DNA from: Candidatus Aminicenantes bacterium
GTDB lineage: Bacteria; Acidobacteriota; Aminicenantia; Aminicenantales; Saccharicenantaceae
Direction of reading: 5' to 3'
NCBI GenBank assembly: GCA_963742235.1
Contig: CAVULT010000002.1
Span: 1,201-65,200, forward strand
DNA: 64,000 nt
Position numbers and translations under genes: made by a program. Below are positions 59,586-64,000 of the stretch, piece by piece. Under the pieces are notes generated by a model. The model worked only from the letters and a program-made list of their open reading frames with translations. It was not told the origin of the DNA and searched no databases. Numbering within the stretch: the stretch's first letter is position 1; the number at the start of each line of letters is the position of its first letter.

Positions 59586-61223
59586 TCACTGCTTGACGAA
59601 TTCCACGCGCCGGTTCTGGGCCCGGCCTTGCGGCGTGTCGCTGGAATCCACCGGCTTGGTGGCCCCCAGGCCGGCGGTCGTCAGCCGCGAGGCGTCGATC
59701 TTGAACTGCGACACAAGGACCGCCTTGACGGCCTCGGCCCGCCGCTTCGACAGGTCGAGATTGTGCTCGGCGTTCCCCGCCGAATCGGTATGGCCCTCGA
59801 CCAGGACCCTCAGCGCGGGATTGGCCTCCAGCCCCTTGGCGACCATCCGGAGGACCGGCGCCGATTCGGGCTTGATCTGGTCGCTGTCGGTATCGAACAA
59901 GATGCCGTGGGTGACATAGCGCCCCGAGGACGAGATGACCTGGCTGAAGTCCGGCGCCGATTCCGCGACGCGGAAGAACTGGAAGCCGACGTACCCCTCC
60001 CGGTCATTGTCGCCGGGCCCGTCCACACGCACTTCGATCTTGCCCATCTCCGGAAGCTGGATCTGGTTGACGTCCATGACCCGCTGGCCGTTGACATAAT
60101 AGCGCATGCGGCCGTTCTGCAGCCACAGGGCCTGCTTGACGGGCTTGGTCCAGTCCATAGGGATCTGCTGGCTGGCAAGATCTTCGGACCCCTGGTCGCT
60201 CGTCTGCCGGATGGTCAGCGAGTAATTCGTATAGTTCACGCTGGTGAGGATGTCGAGAACGTCCTTCCCGGCCTTGTCATAGAAACTCCACGAAGCGCGG
60301 GCGCCGTGGCCCTTGTAGGCGACGTCGGTCTCCATGGTGAAATTGGCCGGCAGTCCGGTCACGTTGGGCGTCAGGATCATCCTTTGCGCGGTCATCGTCA
60401 GCTGCCGTATTCCGCCGCCGAGGCGAAGTTCGGCCGTCCCGCCCCGCACCTTCCAGTGCGGCGGCGGCTCGTCGCCCGCCATGTCCGAGAAATCGTCGTA
60501 GAGGATGACCTTGTCCCCCGGGACGAAATCGGACTTCACCGCGGCGAGATCGGGCTGGCCCGCCGCTGGAGCCGCCGGAACGGCGGCCTGTGGCGCGGCC
60601 GAGGCGGCGCCGGCGGCGGGAGCCGCGGCGGCTGCCGTCGACGGGTTCGGCGCGAGACTCGCGAGATCGGCGCCGCCTCGCGACTTGGCCAGCAGGGTGA
60701 CCGTGCTGCCCGGCGCCAGGGCGAGGCTCGGACCGTCCGAGGAGAGATCGATCAGCATGATGGCCACCACGGCCTGGGACGCGGCGCTGACGGCGGAGCC
60801 CCGTCTCCCGCCCAACATGCCCCCGATGGCCGAGCCGACCCGGGCGGTCCCGGCCGCCTTCTCCGGATTGTTGCTCCTGCGGATGACGGTGCCGTTCTCG
60901 TCGACGTCGGCCTGGCCCCTGGAGTTGGCGATGGACCGGATCTCCGTGGCGATCGGGATGGCCTGGCCGCCGTGCCGCAGCGTCTCGAAGCTGAACCTCA
61001 GGACCGCCTTGCCGCCGCCCTGGCTCACGTTCGTGACCTTCCCTTCCACGATGTCGCCCTGCAAGCCCGCCGGACCGATCACCCGGCCGGACACCAGGTC
61101 TCCCCTATGACTCGTGCCGGTGCCCAGGGCGTTCATCAATTCCACCTGGAGTTCGATGTCCTGGGCTTGAGCGACCGAGACGAGCAACAACGCACAGGCC
61201 AGTCCTATCCACTTGAATCTCAC
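59586..61223 (-). CDS. OmpA family protein with glycine-zipper N-terminal region and central beta domain
   Basis: ILFDTDS, VEGHTD, LS..RA.AV, RAQNRRVEF; GSAIGGMLGG; Ala/Pro linker. Confidence 0.88.
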   Translation of the reverse strand: MRFKWIGLACALLLVSVAQAQDIELQVELMNALGTGTSHRGDLVSGRVIGPAGLQGDIVEGKVTNVSQGGGKAVLRFSFETLRHGGQAIPIATEIRSIANSRGQADVDENGTVIRRSNNPEKAAGTARVGSAIGGMLGGRRGSAVSAASQAVVAIMLIDLSSDGPSLALAPGSTVTLLAKSRGGADLASLAPNPSTAAAAAPAAGAASAAPQAAVPAAPAAGQPDLAAVKSDFVPGDKVILYDDFSDMAGDEPPPHWKVRGGTAELRLGGGIRQLTMTAQRMILTPNVTGLPANFTMETDVAYKGHGARASWSFYDKAGKDVLDILTSVNYTNYSLTIRQTSDQGSEDLASQQIPMDWTKPVKQALWLQNGRMRYYVNGQRVMDVNQIQLPEMGKIEVRVDGPGDNDREGYVGFQFFRVAESAPDFSQVISSSGRYVTHGILFDTDSDQIKPESAPVLRMVAKGLEANPALRVLVEGHTDSAGNAEHNLDLSKRRAEAVKAVLVSQFKIDASRLTTAGLGATKPVDSSDTPQGRAQNRRVEFVKQ

Positions 61224-61298
61224 GGTCTGCCTCCTTCTGAAGTCCGCGAAAGAACGTGCCTCGGAACGTGGGGACTATAGAAAAGTCGCCGCTTAAAG

Positions 61299-61659
61299 TC
61301 AATCGAGCGAACGGCGGCGTGCGCCGTCCGTCTTCTTCAGCGCCTCCACTCTCTTCCGGATCTCCGTCTGGTCCGGGCTGAGCTGGAGCGACTTCTCATA
61401 GGCCGCCAGGGCCTCCCCGGGCTTTCCAAGGCCCTCATAGCATTCCCCCGTGGCGTTGAGGAGCCCGGCATTGACGCCGTAATGGGCGATGGCCCTGTCG
61501 AGGAGCCCCACGGCCGTCTCGAACTCCTTGGCCCTCTTTCGGGCCTCGGCGGCCAGAACGAGCGTTTCGGCGGCCTTGAGAACGATCACGATCGGCGGAT
61601 TGGCCGGCAGCTGCTGCACGTCGACGTTCAGAGGCGCTTGCGTTATCGTACACATCATA
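61299..61659 (-). pseudogene. Short TPR-containing ORF, possibly the C-terminal remnant of a larger protein
   Basis: Two TPR-like units (GECY..LG...EA..AYEKSL...PDQ); atypical N-terminus; no clear RBS. Confidence 0.45.
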
Positions 61660-61780
61660 ACGGGTCGAACCCCCCCGTTGTCAAGCTTTTTTTTGGAAAT
61701 CGTCTTGACACGACCGGCCGTCGGCCCTATATGATAACGAACTGACTGTCCCCGCGGCCGGGGCGGCAAGGAGAACTCAC

Positions 61781-62815
61781 ATCGGCACGATCAAAACTAT
61801 CGCCCAGCTGGCGGGCGTATCCATCGGCACGGTCGACCGGGTCCTTCACAAGCGCGGGCGCGTCTCCCCCGCGACCGAGAAGCGGGTCCTGGGCATCGTC
61901 AAGAAGCTCGCTTATAAGCCCAATATCTTCGCCCGGAATCTGAAGCTGGCCAAGACCTTCGTCTTCGGCGTCCTGATGCCGCAGCCGAACCAGGACAGCT
62001 CCTATTGGAGCCTCCCCCTCGGGGGCGTGGCCCGGGCCGAAGCCGAGCTCCATTCCCAGAAGGTCCGGGTCCTCCGGTTCTTCTATAACAAGCACTCCGA
62101 GGCCTCTTTTATCAGCGTCAGCCGCAAGGTCTCCGCCGCCTCTCTCGACGGCCTGCTCGTCGCCCCCGTCGCGACGCGGCCGTTCGAGAAGTTCCTCCGG
62201 AACCTGCCGCACGGCGTCCCCTGCGTGTTCTTCGATTCGTTCATCCCCGGGGTCGCCAATCTCTCGTCGATCGGTCAGGACTCCTTCCAGAGCGGCGTCC
62301 TCTCGGCCCGGCTGATGAAGATGCTGATCACGGAGCCCGGCCATATCGCCGTCATCCGCGTCCTGCCGAAGGACTTCCATATCGACGACCGGGTCAAGGG
62401 CTTCCTGTCCAAATGCCGGGAGTGCCCGCACCTGACGTCCGAGGTCTATGAGGCCGACGGGGACGGGGGACACAGCGGATCGGACAGGATCTTCTCCCAG
62501 ATCTTCCGGCTCCATCCGGACCTCCGGGGCATCTTCGTGTCCAACGCGAGCACCCATCGGGCCGCCGCCTACGTCAAGTCCCGGGGCGCCGCCGGCCGGG
62601 TCCACGTCATCGGCTACGACCTCATCGACGAGAATGTCCGCTACCTGCGCGAGGGGGTCGTGGATTTCCTCATCAGCCAGCAGCCCGAGCGCCAGGGATA
62701 CGAGGGCATCACGACGCTCTACCGCCACGTCGTCCTCAAGGAAGCGGTGCCGAAGAAGGTGACGGTTCAGATCGACATCACGACCTCGGAGAACGTGGAC
62801 TTCTACCGCAGCTGA
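61781..62815 (+). CDS. LacI family transcriptional regulator, apparent ATC start
   Basis: In-frame HTH TIKTIAQLAGVSIGTVDRVLH upstream of the first ATG (61976); AAGGAG RBS 7 nt before ATC at 61781; sugar-binding domain with IGYD and QGY. Confidence 0.9.
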   Translation: MGTIKTIAQLAGVSIGTVDRVLHKRGRVSPATEKRVLGIVKKLAYKPNIFARNLKLAKTFVFGVLMPQPNQDSSYWSLPLGGVARAEAELHSQKVRVLRFFYNKHSEASFISVSRKVSAASLDGLLVAPVATRPFEKFLRNLPHGVPCVFFDSFIPGVANLSSIGQDSFQSGVLSARLMKMLITEPGHIAVIRVLPKDFHIDDRVKGFLSKCRECPHLTSEVYEADGDGGHSGSDRIFSQIFRLHPDLRGIFVSNASTHRAAAYVKSRGAAGRVHVIGYDLIDENVRYLREGVVDFLISQQPERQGYEGITTLYRHVVLKEAVPKKVTVQIDITTSENVDFYRS

Positions 62816-62869
62816 GGGGCGGCTCTCTCATAAACCTTTGCCCGGGACGGGCCGTTCAGGGGGACAGAC

Positions 62870-64000
62870 ATGAAGGACGTCATCATCGTCGGCGGCGGTG
62901 TCACGGGTGTGCTCTCGGCCTGGGAATTAGCCCGCGCCGGCCACACCGTCACCTTGGTCGAGGCCCGGACCCTGGGCAGCGGGGCGAGCTCCCGGTCGGC
63001 GGCCGGCATCCGGGCCCAGTTCGGCGTGCCCTCGACCGTCCGCGGTCTCGTTTACGCCGAGCGCTTTTACGGGGACTGGACCGGGCGATTTCCGCAGAGC
63101 CAGCCCTGCTTCAGGCAGAACGGCTACCTCTTTCTCAGGAACTACGCGGCGGATCCCGACGCGGTCCGCGAAACGGTGGAGCTTCAGCGCGCCGCCGGGC
63201 TGGCCGAGGTCGAGCTCCTCGACAAGGCCGAAGTCGACGAACGCTGGCCTTACCTCGATACGACCGGAGTGGCCTCGGCGACCTGGTGCCCGCGGGACGG
63301 GTTCCTTTTTCCGGCCATCATTTACCAGGACGGGGCCGAGGCCGCCCGGGCCCTCGGCGCGACCATCGTCCAGAACGATCCCGTCGTCGGCGCGGTGACG
63401 TCCGGCGCTCGCGCCGCGGCCGTGCGGCTGGCCTCCGGCCGGCGGATCGAGGGCGAGGTCTTCGTCAACGCGACGGGTTTCCTGGCCAACGCGACCTCGA
63501 AGCTCTTTGGCGGGCGGGAGCTGCCGATCAAGGTCGAGCGCCGCTACCTCTACTTCCTCGCCGGGCTCAAGGCCGATAGCGACTGGGGCCTCGGGCTCGA
63601 GGAGTTCCCCGGCCTTCCGATGATCGTCACCCCTACGGGGGCCTACGCCCGGCCCGAGAACGCCCAGCTCCTGATGGGCTGGCTGCAGTTCGCCCGGCCC
63701 GCCGTCGCCACGTTCGACAACCAGGACGAGGTCGAGCCGGGATTCGGCCTCGGCCTCGGCGAGTACGGGCCGGCGGTGCGCAAGGAGATCGGTCAGGCGC
63801 TGCCCGCGGTCCAGGACATGGGGAAGCTCATCGCGGTCACAACCGGTTTTTATGACACGACGCCCGACCACAATCCCCTCTTCGGCTACGACGGGAAGAT
63901 CGAGAACCTCGTTCACGCCGTCGGGCTGAGCGGCCACGGTCTGATGCACGCCCCCTTCTCGGCGCTGATCGTGGCCGAGCTCGTCGGCCGGGGCCGGGAC
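62870..64000 (+). CDS. FAD-dependent oxidoreductase (sarcosine oxidase beta / DAO family), runs off window
   Basis: MKDVIIVGGGVTG, GASSRSAAGIRAQF, GYLFL, YDTTPD..P..G, GLSGHGLMHAP. Confidence 0.9.
   Translation, partial: MKDVIIVGGGVTGVLSAWELARAGHTVTLVEARTLGSGASSRSAAGIRAQFGVPSTVRGLVYAERFYGDWTGRFPQSQPCFRQNGYLFLRNYAADPDAVRETVELQRAAGLAEVELLDKAEVDERWPYLDTTGVASATWCPRDGFLFPAIIYQDGAEAARALGATIVQNDPVVGAVTSGARAAAVRLASGRRIEGEVFVNATGFLANATSKLFGGRELPIKVERRYLYFLAGLKADSDWGLGLEEFPGLPMIVTPTGAYARPENAQLLMGWLQFARPAVATFDNQDEVEPGFGLGLGEYGPAVRKEIGQALPAVQDMGKLIAVTTGFYDTTPDHNPLFGYDGKIENLVHAVGLSGHGLMHAPFSALIVAELVGRGRD

Overview
High-GC bacterial chromosomal window. Gene content (many secreted peptidases, sulfatase-TPR protein, beta-barrels, GGGG[A/T]C palindromes) suggests a diderm peptide scavenger, possibly Ca. 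Aminicenantes/Acidobacteriota; this is inference only. It holds about 55 CDS, two tRNAs (Leu-TAA, Ile2/Met-CAT) and the housekeeping block dnaG-rpoD-tRNA-C4 Zn-ribbon, plus rsgA, a DEAD-box helicase, Lhr, larB and two ABC operons. I found no transposase, integrase, prophage or CRISPR array. Two genes are split by single-base frameshifts (an M14 peptidase and essential rpoD), most likely assembly errors. The best candidate for an undescribed system is a five-gene envelope operon at 40265-44400: YtkA-like Met/Cys protein, beta-barrel, FMN-bind-like protein lacking the flavinylation motif, MacB-type permease with a GCPYE motif, and ATPase, under a 25-bp palindromic operator. Also notable: a family of REP/REPIN-like palindromes, a ~150-nt structured intergenic element, a GlmU with an eroded uridyltransferase motif near a NahK-like kinase, an S9 peptidase-FGE domain fusion, a divergent ATP-grasp/zincin pair and a LacI gene apparently starting at ATC. 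All family assignments are from motif recognition by eye, not database searches.
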